The notes: a model not told the origin generated them from the sequence alone. A stretch of DNA of 64,000 nt from the human T2T-CHM13v2.0 reference genome, Homo sapiens (GCF_009914755.1 NC_060944.1), one strand, 5' to 3'. Positions 28,125 to 42,821 are shown, counted from the stretch's first letter. A program made the numbers and translations.

Positions 28125-29657
28125 TCAGTTTCCTAATCTGCAAAACGGGAGGTAACCATGCTCCCTAACTCTGGTAAAATGAGATTGCGAATGCGGAACA
28201 CTAGAATCTGGCACTGGGAAGCGTTTCATAAACATTAGGTGCTGCTTCCGCCGATATTATTGTGACCATGAAGTGACAGTACGCACCACCGGTGCAGCCC
28301 AGTGATGGACACAGGAGAGGCTTCTGGTGTCAGCTCAGGGGAATCTGGTACCATTTTTGTCTCTAAGGGTAGACAGTGGGCTTATGTAACCTACTTGCTT
28401 TGGAGCAAGCTGACTCCACCCCCTTGCTTCCATGGTAGGCCCTGATTGGTTTACAGGCATCCACGCAGTTCATTTTTCTGCCCAGTCACTGGTTCATGAG
28501 CAAGCATGTGACCTTGAAGGTCTAATCAGGGTGCATCTAGTTTGGGCCCCCGTTTCCCGGGATGTAGATGGGGAAAGGTGTCGCCCCTGGGATGCAGCTG
28601 GCCCTGCTGAGGAGGCTGCTGGCATGGCTGTGCTGAGAGATGGTCACAGTTGGCGTTAAAATCACAGATGGCATTGTTAAGCCATTGGGTCATCCAGTCC
28701 AGAAGCTGGATCTTACCTGCTCTTTCTATTTGCATGAAACAAATCTTCTACATTGCCCCAGCCAGTTTAAGTTGCATTTCTCGGCCACTTGGAACTCAAA
28801 ACTTCCTGTCACGATGCATTTCTATCTGCAATGATCTGCTTTCATATCTGCCTTAGAGAGGACAGTGACCTCTTTTATTATCCTCTGTGTTCCCAGCTTC
28901 CAGTCAGTGTCTAGGACACCTCAGGCACTTAATTATTGTTTGTCGAATCTATAGGACATGACTCTTACCTCATAGAACCTTCAATCTCATTGAAAAATGA
29001 GATGCGTGGATATGAATCTGAATAAGATGTGAGGCCAGCTGTGATTAAACCCCAACGCTAGTTCTCCAGACAGTGTTGTCATACTTAATCCTCCTCCTTG
29101 AAGCAATGCGGCTGTGAATGAACAGGTCAAAATACCAGATGACAAACCTATTCATAGGCCCAACTGGGCTTTGGTATACAAAAGTCATAGGGAGGAGGGG
29201 AAGCTTTTTTCCTTAAAAGGTAAGTTGGCATCATTATTGAAAGCAGGAGACGGGCTCCAAGCAGAGTATCCATTAGAACATGTTTGGTTCAAATGGGACA
29301 GAAAAGTGGTTGCAAAATTGCATATGCCAAAAAAAAAAAAAAAGAAAGAATTGATTGCTTTATGTGCATGAAAACCCCCAAGGATGTGTTCTTCAGGGAC
29401 ACAGATGATGTGAACAGAAGAGCAGCTTCTCACCATCCCTCTGCCCTGCCTTTCTCGGGGTTGGCTTCCATCCCTTGCTCTGCCTGGGAGAAAGATGAGG
29501 ACAGCAACCCCCACCTGCACATCCTTGTATGTGCCCAGTAAGTGAGAACGACCTGTGGGGTCCTTCTGTGTCATTGGCTCAGGTGGCCAATCTCAGAACC
29601 AACCGCTGTGGCCAAGGGGGATGTTATGTTTTGATTAGTTTGGGCTTTGATCATATT

Positions 29658-29948
29658 TGTTTTCGAGAGGGAGTTTCGCTCTTGTTGCCCAGGCTGGAGT
29701 GCAGTGGTGCGATCTCGGCTCACTACAACCTCCACCTCTGAGGTTCTAGCAATTCTCCTGCCTCAGCCTCCTGAATAGCTGGGATTGCAGGTGCCCACCA
29801 CCACGCCTGGCTAATTTTTTGTATTTTTAGTAGAGACAGGGTTTCACCACGTTGGCCAGGCTGGTGTCAAACTCTTGACCTCAGGTGATCCACCCACCTC
29901 AGCCTCCCAAAGTGCTGCAATTACAGGTGTGAACCACCACAGCTGGCC
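29658..29948 (-). mobile_element. Alu (AluSq-like)
   Basis: gagtttcgctcttgttgcccagg; degraded tail. Confidence 0.95.
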
Positions 29949-30767
29949 TGCTTTATCTCTTTGGTTGAGCCCAATTGTTGATTTACTCAGACACTGAAGA
30001 CACTGTCACCAGAAGAAAGGTGAGGGGCTGCTGGGACAAAAGCAAGAGTTGTCTACAGCACACAGAGGTGTCCACTGCACTTGGCCATGGATGGGAAGAA
30101 TGGAAGCAAATAGGTTACCCCATTCTCACAGCACACGCTGGGGAAGGCCCTGTGCTGGGAACACAAGGACACACGATAGACGGGGCCTGGCTTTAAGGAG
30201 TGCTCAGCCCAGGGGACAGGTATGAGCTTTATTCCTGTTTGGCCTGGAATAAGGATGAGGCACAGAGCTGGGCTGGGTCTCTGGTGTGCCCTAGCCCCTA
30301 GTCTACAGATATAAAAAGCAGGAAGACAAAAATCCCTCCAGCCCTTATGACAGTCAGGCGCGAACTTGCTTGGTAAACTTGGGCCAGCTTCTTGTAATTT
30401 CTGCATTGGTTTTGTTATCTTTCACATCAGGATTATAATGGCTCTGGTCTCCCAGAGCTATAGATGGGGAGAAAAGATGCAATGCGTGGAAAACACTGAG
30501 CATAGCACCAGGTTCCAAGTGAGGGCTCAACACATGTTAACTCTATTATGTTTCCTTGGGGCAATGGTGATAGTATGGAGGATAAATCAGCCTGTAATGT
30601 GTTTCTTTACATAGTTACTGGAGGATTGACGGGGAAGCAATTGGAGTCAGACTGTCTGGTTTTGAATTTATAGTCGACCACTTATTAGCTATTGGACACC
30701 TTAACCTTTCTAGACCTCAGTTTTCACATCTGTCCAATGGGAATATTTATAGACTATATCCCATAAG

Positions 30768-30769
<2 letters not shown>

Positions 30770-30802
<33 letters not shown>

Positions 30803-30822
30803 ACGTGTGTGTGTGTGTGCAT
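30770..30822 (+). repeat. (TG)n microsatellite interrupted by cacg
   Basis: Directly visible. Confidence 0.97.
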
Positions 30823-31777
30823 AGTGAAATACTCTGTATATCTTCATTGTTATTCTTCTTTCCGTCCTTCCTAATTGGGAAGCAAGACTTTGATTTATCA
30901 GTAGCTTCCTGACCATCTGACTCAGTGCCCAGCATGTAGGAGGTGCTCAGTGAGCAATAGTTTCATGAAACCGTAAAGTATTGCACAGTGCAATGGATGG
31001 GACCCTCTGTTGGGCTGGTGAACACAGGCTACCCTTCTTGATACTTAACATTAGTTAGGATTTAAATGCAGTCGTTGTTACAAAGAAACCAGAAAAACAG
31101 TAGCTGAATCAGTTGATTATTTCTCTGTCACCTGAGAGTCTGGATGAGACAGTCCAGAGCTCGAACAATGGCTTGATGGCGTCGGGGCCCAGACTCCTTC
31201 CCAGTTGTGGCTCCATGCTGCCTGGGGTACTTCTGTCATCTGAATGGCTCAAGATGGCATCCCACACGTCTGTGCTCCAGAGTGGAGAGGGAGATGGTAA
31301 AGAGGTGCATTATTTCCCCTCAAAGCCGTCCCACTGGCAGAACTTAGTCACGTGGCCAGGCCTGGCTGCCAAGGAGGCTGGCCGGTGTGAGTTTGATTTG
31401 AGTGTCTGTGTGCTCCAGCAAACACTGGGGACTCTGTTGAGGGACAAGTAGAGAATGGATATAGGGGCACAATTAGCAGTCTGTGCCCAGGGCTAGAGCA
31501 CTGCCTTATGGGGGGAAAAGAACCCAGACAAAAGGGGAGCTGGGATTGGCTCAGAGAGTGGTGTCCCTCAGCTAGAGGAAAGCAATGGGGAAGGTTCTCA
31601 TTCACAAGCCAACATCGCCTCTGCCCTTCTGTCAGGGGCCACTGGGACCCAGGACCCCAGGATCCCCACCCTTCTTGCTCCTCAGCTTCATGACCCTGCA
31701 AAGGCCCTGCCTGGGTAACAGAGAGAGCTAGCTTCATTCAGTGTCGGACCCTACCTCCCATCAAGGAGATTGGGGGG

Positions 31778-32483
31778 TGAGGTTGTGGACAAAAAGCATG
31801 CTTATACACTGTTGGTGGGAGGGTAAATTAGTTCAACCATTGTGGAAAGTAATGTGGTGATTCTCCAAAGACCTAAAGACAGAACTACTATTTGGTCCAG
31901 CAATCCCACTGCTGGGTATATACCCAGAGGAATATAAATCATTCTACCATAAAGATACATGTACACAAATGTTCACTGCAGCACTATTCGCAATAGTAAA
32001 GACACAGACTCAACCTAAATGCCCTAAAGTGGTAGACTAGATAAAGAAAATGTAGGACAGATACACCATGGAATACTATGCAGCTATGAAAAAGAATGTG
32101 GTCATGTCCTTTGCAGAAACATGGATGGAGCTGGAGGCCATTATCCTTAGCAAACTAATGCAGGAACAGAAAAATACTGCATTTTCTCACTTATAAGTGG
32201 GAGCTAAGTGATGAGAACACATGGACACATAGAGGGGAACAACAGACACTGGGGCCGGTCAGAGGTTGAAGGGTGGGGGGAGGGAGAGGATCAGGAAAAA
32301 TTTCTAATGGTTACTAGGCTTAATACCTGGGCAATGAAATAATATGTGTAACAAATAAAAGTTTACCTATATATAAACCTATAAATAAAATTACCTATAT
32401 AAGTTTACCTATATAAACCATGACATAAGTTTACCTATATAACACAACTGCTTTTTAAACTTTTTTAAAAGTTAAAAACAAAA
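31778..32483 (+). mobile_element. L1PA13-16-like L1 3' end
   Basis: ORF2 end/3'UTR: cagcaatcccactgctgggtatatacccagagg...gggagaggatcaggaaaaa...tactaggcttaatacctggg. Confidence 0.9.
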
Positions 32484-33171
32484 GATGGGGGTAACTCAGG
32501 CCTTCCCTAGAGAGCTCTGGAGGAACCCAAGGGGGCACTGAGCCTCTGTTTCCTCTCTGAGACGAAAATGTGGCTTCTGGGACAGGGACAGGCAGAAATT
32601 TGGAAGCAAGAGAAAATCGTTTCTCTAGGCAACACCTCTTTAAAGACAGAGCTTGCTTTGTATTCCACTGGGCAGCCTAGTTCCTGCGCAAGGCCTGGCG
32701 CATAGCAGGCATGCAGTGGTGTTTGAACAAATTCTTGCAATTTTTTCCCACTCCTTAGACTTCTAAGACTTGACTTCCGGGGGTTACTACTGCCTTAGGA
32801 TTTATTTTGATCATTCTCCATCATGAAACCCAGTGCCTGGCATATAGGAGGTGCTCAGCTGTTTGGTTATCCTCCTTAAACACGTTGTGAACCATCAGAC
32901 TCCAGAGAAGAGACGGTCTCTACCCTTCCATCCTCCTTTCTATGGAGTCAGGGCTGACGGATTTTTATACATACAGAAGGGAGAGCAATGATAATAGTGT
33001 TAATTATAGTGATCCCCTGTGAGCACCGACTCTTTGCTGGACTCTTGCCAGGCACTTGATGTGTTCTTTCTAATCCTCCAGCAACCCTTCAATGGGGGTA
33101 ACATTATCCCATTTTCTAGACGAGGCAACTGAGATGTGGAGATGATGAGTCATTGGCTCATTCCTTTAGAG

Positions 33172-33389
33172 CATGGGTTGGCAAACTACAGCCTGTGGGT
33201 CAAATCCAGCCCACTACTTGTTTCTATAAATAAAGTTTTATTGGCACACAGCCACAGCCATTCACTTACATAACATCTACAGCTGCTTTCTCACTATAAC
33301 AGCAGAGTTGAGTAGTTTCGACAGAGACCGTATGGCCCACAAAGCCTAAAATATTTACGATCTGGGCCTTTACAGAAAAAGTTTGCCTG
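33172..33389. mobile_element. MER58A hAT DNA transposon
   Basis: catgggttggcaaactacagcc...gggcctttacagaaaaagtttgcc; near 8-bp TSD ctttagag/atttagaa. Confidence 0.88.
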
Positions 33390-33419
33390 ATTTAGAAGAA
33401 ATGTTTGAATACCTTCTCT

Positions 33420-33965
33420 TTGTCGGGCTAGAAAGCAGATCAGGAAAGGCCTTGCAAGCCATGGTGAGGATGTGAGACTTGTTCTGCTGGCAAAGGATTG
33501 CAGCTGCAGGGGTTTGCACAGAGCAGGGACAGGAGGAGATCTGTGTTTCAGGACATCCAGTGTGGCCACTGAGTGGAGAATTTCAGAGAGCAAGCATGCG
33601 TGGAGTCAGGGAAACCCGTGAGGAGCTTGCTGAAACAATTCAGGCGAGAGAAGACTGGGCTGGAGGTCACAGTGGGATGAGAGATTTAGGAAGGAGAGTC
33701 AGCAGTTGATGACTGCTACTCAGAGGTGAGGAGAGGGGAATCAGGGAAATTATCTAAACTTGGGGGTGATTAGAAATGTCAGTTACTGAGCTAGGAAACA
33801 CAGGAGGAGGAGGAGCAGGAGCTTGTGTGGGGAGCGGGGAGTTTAGTGAGGGAGGTGTTGAGTTGGAGGTGTCTGTAGGATGTCTCTGCAGGGATGTACA
33901 GCAGGAGGAAGTGGGGCTGTGGGTTTGGAGGGACAGGTGTGCATAGGAAGGTGGAGATTGAGGAT
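33420..33965 (-). mobile_element. L2 LINE fragment
   Basis: ggccttgcaagccatggtgaggatgtgagact...gtgttgagttggaggtgtctgtagg. Confidence 0.55.
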
Positions 33966-35014
33966 TCGCCAGCAGAGAGATGTCCCCAGGATGAGCTGAA
34001 CACCTGGGCGAGATTCAGAGCTGGGCTCTGTTTTTTGGAAACCCACATTCTGGCAGCTCTCGCCTGGTGCTTGCCCTCATGTCCTCTTGAGACCATCTCT
34101 TGACCATCTCTTGAGCATCTCTTGAGCTGTAGCCAGAGGGGAGTTGAGAGCCAAGCAAATTCCAACTCAGCCTACAAACAGCCAGGCCCTAGCCCAGGTC
34201 TCAGCAGCAGGGAGAGCCTGTCTCAAGTCAAAGATCCCAGGAGAGCTGGAGCTGTCACTCTTCCCGAGAAGTTGACACCTGTCATGTGGATGAGGCCTTT
34301 TTTGGTGCCTCGCATCCCCAGCTGTGTTTCTGCGCTGAAGGTGGCCCTGGGGAGCTGGGCTGCACCCCCACAGGGCCATTTTTCTGCTGCTGTTTCTTTT
34401 TGTGGGCTCAGGTGAGCACTTGACAGTGGAGAGTACAGGAGCAGTCCCCATATGGCCCCTGGGTACCATCTTAGGTGTTTGCAGCATCCAGAAGGCGGGC
34501 CTGGTGCAGGCCTGGGGACGGATGGCAAGTGGGAGGCATCCCGCACGCTGGAAATGTTTTGCACCTTTGAGAAGGCTAAGGAAGTCTTCTTTTTCCTCCA
34601 GAGATATGACTAGTAGCTTAGGTTTATTTTTTGCCTTGAAAGATTTTTAAGGCTGCCTGAGTCTTGGGGTGAATGGAAGCAGGGTTCTCAAAGCAGATGG
34701 GTACCTCCAGAGAGAACCCCCCCATCTGGGAACACGCTGGTTTTTCTAGAGAAAGCCCTGCTGGCTCTCTGGTCTAGTCTACCCTGGAGTTCTGTGGGCT
34801 CTCCTCCTTCTGGTGGAGAATGTTGCTTTTATCTGCCATGGGACAGTGTGGGAAAAGATGGTGGTGGGGCTGGTAGACTCTGTCCTCAGCAGAGTTGGAA
34901 AGTTGGGGAAAGGTACCCCTCTCCCTACAGAGGGCACTCTCCACCCCTTCTCCCCCACTGGCTGCCTCTTTGCAGGTTCCATTAATCAGCTACTGACTGA
35001 TGCTTGCTCTACAA

Positions 35015-35480
35015 GTCAGAGGGCACAAGAGGGAACTTGTTGGCTTGGGTCTTTGAACATCTCAGAGGTAGTGGGTACTTCAGGTAAAGCTGGATCCAGA
35101 CCATTAGAGATCTGTCTCTCTCTGTCTCTGGGTTCTGCTGTCATCTGTGCTGGCTTCATTCTCAGGCAGGCTGTCCCCATGCTGTGAGGAGATGGCTGTC
35201 ACCTCCTGGCTTATATCTACCTCACTTGGTGTTGCTAACAGAAAGACAGCATCTCTGCTAATTAACTTGCCACAAAAGTCCTGGGATTCAATGTCCATGG
35301 CCCCAGCTGGAGTCACATGGCCATTGCTGACCAGTCCCTATGGCCAAGAAAATGCTGTGTTCTCACTGGGGGTGGGGGCAACTCCATCTGAACGGCCGGG
35401 ACTGCGTATGGGGGAGGCGTGGCTCTTCAGAGGCGGCATTAGGGTTGTGTTACCAGGAGTGGTGTGATGGGCAGGCAGAA
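35015..35480 (-). mobile_element. Old ERVL-type LTR (LTR16/LTR33-like)
   Basis: cttcaggtaaagctggatccag...tgctggcttcattctcaggcaggct; same family motif as at 44.4 kb. Confidence 0.5.
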
Positions 35481-35797
35481 ATAACAGACAGATGTTATGC
35501 CTGGTGCCTCTGAGAATCATGATGTGCAAATGTCACCTGTGAAGTGGACTGGCTCCCAAGACACACAAAAGTAGGAAGTCACATATGAAGAAGCTTATGT
35601 GGAATGTCACAAACAAGGAAGCTAGCTGCACAGTTAGACCAGCAGGGCTTGTGGGTGGGAGGGGGCTGGGGTGCAGGGAATAGAGGATCCAGAACCTGGG
35701 GGTGAGGGCGGGGGGTGGAGGGGACTCACCTCCCTCTCCCATCCTTCTCTTCTCCTTCCCTCCCTTCCTCCTTTCTTTTTCTTCTCTCTCTCCCCAA

Positions 35798-36060
35798 ATA
35801 TCGGAGTGCCTGTTCTGTGCCAGGTACACCATTCACCACCAGGGACACAGAAATGAGCCAGATGGAAACGTTCCCTGCCTCTTAGTGCTGATATTCCTGG
35901 GGGAGCTAGATAATAAGCACACAAACAAATAAATGAGACTATTTTAGAGAGATGAGCTAGCACTGACTCACGTATGGTCAGTGCATTCACTAGGGTGGTC
36001 ATGGAGGGCTTCTCCGAGGAGGTGACATTTGGGTAGAGACTGATGAGGAGGAGCCAGCCC
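35798..36060 (-). mobile_element. L2 LINE 3' fragment
   Basis: gagtgcctgttctgtgccagg...agggtggtcatggagggcttctccgaggaggtgacatttg. Confidence 0.7.
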
Positions 36061-38639
36061 TGGAAGAGCCTGCGTGGGGGAGGGAGGGACAGTGAGCTGG
36101 TGATCTCAAGCTAGGAAAGTGCCTGGGCACTCAAGAGACTGGCCTCAGCCCACATGGGTGGAGCCTGGGGATGCGGAAGGTGCTGGAGCCTGGAGTAGTG
36201 CTGAGCAGTGGCACAGTGGTGACAGTCAGTTTCAGGGCCACTGGGTGGGACTGATCATTGCTGCCTCCTGGTCTGGATGATGGGCAGGGAGGATATGGGC
36301 CCATCCTCACCGAGGAGAAGGAGGAGAACTAAAGACCTTCAGTGCCAACTCTGGACCAGCTGCCATGTACCGTGGTGTATATGTGCCCTTCCCTTCCAGA
36401 ATGACCCATGGAGGGGTATAGTCCCCGTTTTACAGATGAAGAAACCAAGGCTCAGAGACGTGAGAGGCCCAAGGCCTCTTGCCAGCCTGTAGTGGAGCTC
36501 GTATTTGAACTCAGGTCTTTGCAACTCCCAAACTCTTTCTCCCACACTGAACTGCCTCTCACCAAGCGATGGTGACGACCAAAATAAACCCCACGCGGCG
36601 TTCGAATGAGGCAGCGGTCCAAAAGTGATTCATAGCTTCTCTTTCCTTCCCACTGCCGTTCGTTTCCTTTCTTAATTTCCACATTTCTGAGCTGAAACAG
36701 GCTGGTATTTAAACTTGCCAGTAGCAGATGGGGGGTGGGGGTGGGGCAGCCTTGGCCCCTCAGAGCACGAATGATGGAGGCTGGACCCACCTGCCTGCCG
36801 AAGCTGGCTGAGCCCCCAAGGCCAGGTTCCCCCACCCTCAGCCTAAAAGGTGGAGAGGAGGGAGCACACGCTAAGGTACCCCACTTCCCCAGCTCCTGAA
36901 ATGGTTTCGAAGCAGGAGAGAAGGTATGCTTTTCCTAGCATGTAAATGTCACTTTACTCCATGCCTTCCTTTTTTTATCAGTGCGATTGGAAAGTGGCTG
37001 CTATCTCCAAAGGAACCGTGATGCTTTCATCTTCCAAATGCCATCACAGTCGGGACCGACACAGGGTTTAATAGCAGATTATTTTTACAGCTTGCTCTCC
37101 CCGGCATCTTTGAATCCTGATGCCATCTGAGCCAGACACGTGCAAGGGGAAGTGGAAGATTGCCATCATAAGCATCTCATGTGTCCTGCATGATGGGAAC
37201 TTTGAGGGCCCGTTCAAGGGAATCCCTAATTCTAGGATTGGACACAGGTTTCTGAAATCAGCTCAAGCTTGAGAGATTTCATGCGGAAGAGTTTCTGTTT
37301 CACCTGGACGTTTTGTAGTGAGTGTCTGTTGATTTTTCCTGTCCAGCTGCTTCTGAAAATAGAATCTCAATTCCCGTGAGGTGTTGCTGCCGCCTCTACC
37401 CTTGGTTCATGCATTTTGGGCGGGGAGGAAATTCACCCCTTCCTCCAATTTTTAGGAGTGGGCAAATTAACCAGGTCTGGCCAGTCAACATATTCTTTCC
37501 CTGAACCACCTTGATAATTCACATGTGAACAAGAAACCCCAGCCAGGCCAGCAAGATTTGATTTGGAGACTTTTATGAAAATTACCAGGAGAGAAAAGTT
37601 TGTCCTACCAGGAAGTGGTTGAATGATTAAGATGGAAACCAGGAGCTACTGGTGGCCAGTGTCCTAGGGGAGAGCCTCCTTTTTAATGAGGCTGACACAG
37701 AGGAAAGCAGAGCTGAGACTTAGAGGAGAGTGAGGGAAAGATGGGTTCTGATGGTATCACTTGAGCACCTGGAATCAGCCATTCCTGAAGCTGGATGATT
37801 GGACCTGATGATTCTATGAGTTCATAAATTTGGTTTGATGGCAAGGGTATTGACTAATGCCTATTGGCATGATCTTGGCTGCATAAAGCAATCTTGTCGC
37901 TGAGTTCAACCCCCTCACTTGTTGCTGCAAAGGTATAGCTCATAGCAAGAAGGAAGGCTGTGATCAAGACAGACATCATTCCCTCCCACCCATGCAGACT
38001 CCGTGGGGGCCCTCTCTCAGAGGTTCATCTGCTCTCTGGGGATCCCTGAGAAGGATATTCAAAGTAAAAAATTTAGAGCAACCTGCTGGGACAAAGTTGG
38101 CAATTGGGGAGGAGGGGCTGGATTCTGGAAGCCACGGAGTGAAGAGGCCTCCAGTGGCCCCCTCCCCTGCTTTAACATAGGGGCCTCAGCCCTCCCAGGT
38201 TGCTTATATCAGGGGGCTCTTACAAGCACTGTCACTCTGCTAATCCACTCCCAGAATTGCACTTTGACTAAGCAAATGTTTACTGAGAACTGTGCTGGGC
38301 ACTGGGAGTTGGCAGGCTTGGGTCTGGGTACTCCATCTTTGCCCCTTAGTAACTGTGTGGTGTTGAGCACAGTCCCTAACCTCTTGGAGCTTTCAAGTCC
38401 TCATCTGTAGAATGGGAATAACAATATAGTCTGTTTCCAGGGATTGTCAGGAGGACTCAGTGCTCAGCCCTGAGTCTGGCACACAGTAAGCAACCATGAG
38501 CATTCACCGGCATTACTATTCCAGAGGTGGAATAATCCCAGTCCTCTTGTGTATGTGTGTTTTTTTGAGGGGAAGGTGGCTTGAGTTTTAAAGGGGGAGA
38601 GTTATATGCACAGAAGATTTTTTATGTTGTATAGTTGAT

Positions 38640-39560
38640 GATAAGTGAGCATAAGCCACAAGTCCAAGCAGCTCTAGGAGCCCAGAAGGAGAGGTGTCTG
38701 ACCACAAAGTGATATTCAGGGAAGGCTTCCTGGAGGAAGTGACTGCTGAGCTGAGTCTTGAGGATTGAATAGGAGTTGGCGCAGAGAGGGAAGATGCTTA
38801 GCAGAGTGAAATGTGTATGTTTAGCAGCATAGCAGGGATAAATACTTAGAGCCACGGCATGAACAGGAACTGTGCCCGATGTTGTTACTGGACAGTGGGA
38901 TATGATGGAATGAGCATGAGAGGGTGAGATTGGAGAGACTGGCCGGGAAATAGGATGGGAAGAGTTTGGGGTGGATCCTGAGGGCAGTGGGATCCACTAG
39001 AGTATTTTCTTTTCCTTTCTTTTTTCCTTTTATTATTATTATTATTATTTTTTTTTTTTTGAGACAGAGTCTCGCTCTGTCACCCAGGCTGGAAGTGCAG
39101 TGGTGCAGTCTCAGCTAACTGCAGCCTCCACCTCCTGGGTTCAAGCGATTTTCCTGCCTCAGCCTCCTGAGTAGCTGGGACTACAGGCATGCGCCACCAT
39201 GCCCGGCTAATTTTTTGTATTTTTAGTAGAGATGGGGTTTCACCGTGTTGGCCAGGATGGTCTCGATCTCCTGACCTTGTGATCTGCCCACCTCGGCCTC
39301 CCAAAGTGCTGGGATTATAGGCGTGAACCACCGAGCCCAGCCCCATTAGAGGATTTTCTAATAAGGGAGCAGCATGATTAGATTTGAGCTTTAGGAGTCC
39401 ACCTAGACACTGTTTTGTAGGAAGATTGGAGGGGAAGCGAGGGGGAGATGTGTTGGTGCACCGGGACAAATGGTAGTGAGGTCCAAAACCGGGCAGAGGT
39501 GACAGTCTGGAAGTAAGGGGCAGAGCCTGGGGTATGTGGGAGTGGACTAAACACCAAAGC
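38640..39560 (-). mobile_element. L2 LINE fragment, interrupted by an Alu
   Basis: tcagggaaggcttcctggaggaagtgac...gagctgagtcttgaggattgaataggagtt. Confidence 0.7.
39011..39342 (-). mobile_element. Alu (AluSc-like)
   Basis: ccaggatggtctcgatctcctgaccttgtg; 17-bp TSD ccactagagtattttct/ccattagaggattttct. Confidence 0.96.
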
Positions 39561-40170
39561 ACCACACTCCGCTCCGGTCCGTGGCTTCCCAGGACCATGA
39601 TTTGAGACACATCACATATGTCTTATAGAATGATGGGTTGTTTACCAGAAACTCTAAATGCTGACATCATCTCTCCCCAAATTAGCCTCATCTTTCTCAG
39701 CCAATCTGCCATATCTGGGCATGTTTTGCCTTGATCAACTGTTGTCTTATTTTCTCTTTTTTTCCTCCCCAAATACTGATCCCAACTCTTAGCTACAGGA
39801 CTGATCCTCCAAGTTCTCCTGGAATCATAGCAAACATTTATCTTTCTGTGCCCCTGTACATCTTACCAAATGCTCTCCCTTGCAGTATCCCAGTTTGTCT
39901 TCACAGAAACCCCAGGTAGTAAGTCGAATGAATATTATGGCACCTATTTTAGAGATAAAAGAACAAAACAGCTGAGAATTTAAGTGCCCAAGATCATACA
40001 GTAAATGCCTTTTTTCAAAAAAAAATAAGCGTTCGGAATAATTTTAGATGTATGGAAAAGTTGCAAAGATAGTACAAAAAGTCCTCACATACCCTTCACC
40101 CAGTTTTCCCTTTTGACATCTTATATCACTGTGGTACGTTTGTCACAACTAAGAAACAAACATTGCTACA

Positions 40171-41051
40171 TGAGGCCGGCTGAATAATTAGGCCCCCCAA
40201 AGATGTCTATGTCCTAATCCCTGGAAGCTACAAATGCGTCCCCCTACGTAGCAAAGGGACTTTGAGGATATGATTAAGCTAAAGATCTTGAGATGAGTAG
40301 ATTATCCTGGATGACCTGGGTGGGCCCAGAATAATCACCAGGGTCCTTGTAAGAGGGAGACCACAGACTTAGGGTCAGAAAGAGAAGAAGTAAAGATGGA
40401 AATGAAACAGGTCAGAGAGGAGAGATGTTCAGCTGCTGGCTTTGAAGATGGAGGAAGGAGCCACAAGCCAAGGAATGTAGGTGGTCTACACAAGCTATTA
40501 TAAAAAAGGCAAGGAGATGGCCTCTCTTCTGGAGCCTCCAGAAGGAACTGGCCCTGCTGACACCTTGACTTTAGCCAGTGAGACCCATTTCAGCCTTGTG
40601 TTAGTCTGTACTTGTATTGGTATAAAGAACTACTGAGACTGGATAATTTATGTAGAAAAGAGGTTTAATTGACTATTCCACAGGCTGTACAGAAAGCATG
40701 GCTGGGGAAGCCATAGGAATCTTACAATCATGGTGGAAAGCAAAGGGGAAGCAGGCACATCTTTACATGGCAGAGCAGGAGAGAGAGGGAGGTGCTACAC
40801 ACTGTTAGACCATCAGCTCTCGTGAGAACTCACGCTCATGAGAAGAGCAAGGTGGAAGTCCTCCCACATGATCCAATCACCTCCCACGAGGCCTCTCCTC
40901 CAACAATGCGGATTACAATTCGACATGAGATTTGGGCAGGGACAGAAATCCAAACCATATCAAGCCTCCAAAACTATAACAATACATTTGTGTTGTTTTA
41001 AGCCGTTAAGTCCTTGACAGTTTGTTACAGCAGCAACAATGAATGAATACA
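40171..41051 (+). mobile_element. MLT1D-like MaLR LTR (contains an MST LTR)
   Basis: ccccaaagatgtctatgtcctaatccctggaa...tttgttacagcagcaac...aataca; near-TSD ctaca/gtaca. Confidence 0.88.
40597..40962 (-). mobile_element. MSTA/MSTB MaLR solo LTR
   Basis: tgtgttagtc...aaaccatatca; perfect 5-bp TSD agcct. Confidence 0.92.
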
Positions 41052-41671
41052 GTACATTACTAAAAACGAAAACTGCACACTTTCTTTAGATTTCACCAGT
41101 TTTCCCATTAATGTTCTCTGTTTGTTCTAGGACAAGCAGGGTGCCACGTTGCATTTGGTCATCATGTCCCCCTGTCTCTCTGGTCTGTGGCAGTTTCTTG
41201 GTCTTTTCTTGTTTCTCACGACCCTGGCAGTTTTGAGGAGTACCTGCCAGGCATCTGGAGGATGTTCCCCAATCTGATGTTGTCTGTTTTTCTTATAATT
41301 AGACCAGGGTTATGAGATCCCACTCTTTTCTAATCTCCCAGAATTGTGTCTGTGCTACCCTCTGTTGATTCAAGCTCTCCAAGCTTGCTCCTTACTCCAT
41401 AGCCATGTATCTGAATGGATCATTCCACTCAATATGAGCCCATTCACCTTGTTGGTTATTATGCTGTTGTCTTCAACTTGAAGATCAACTAGGGAATTTA
41501 TGGCACTATTTATAGTTTTTGGCAATTGTTTGAAGTTTGGAATAAGGTTTACAAATATATGTCAGAGCTATGTGAGCCTCTGATTTTTAGTGTGGAGTTT
41601 TAAATTTCTGTTTTATGGTAGGATTTTGTTGTTGTTATTCATTTCTTTGTTTTATTTTCTGTGCAGGTACT

Positions 41672-42821
<1,150 letters not shown>

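Larger units (their letters stand above)
40010..41320 (-). mobile_element. L1MC-like 3' end, interrupted by MLT1D
   Basis: gaaaagttgcaaagatagtaca...cccttcacccag; continues after 41051 with tagatttcaccagttttccc. Confidence 0.75.

Noticed and set aside
39080-39610. 176-aa ORF
   Set aside because: The C-terminal half is Alu translation and the rest is L2-derived.
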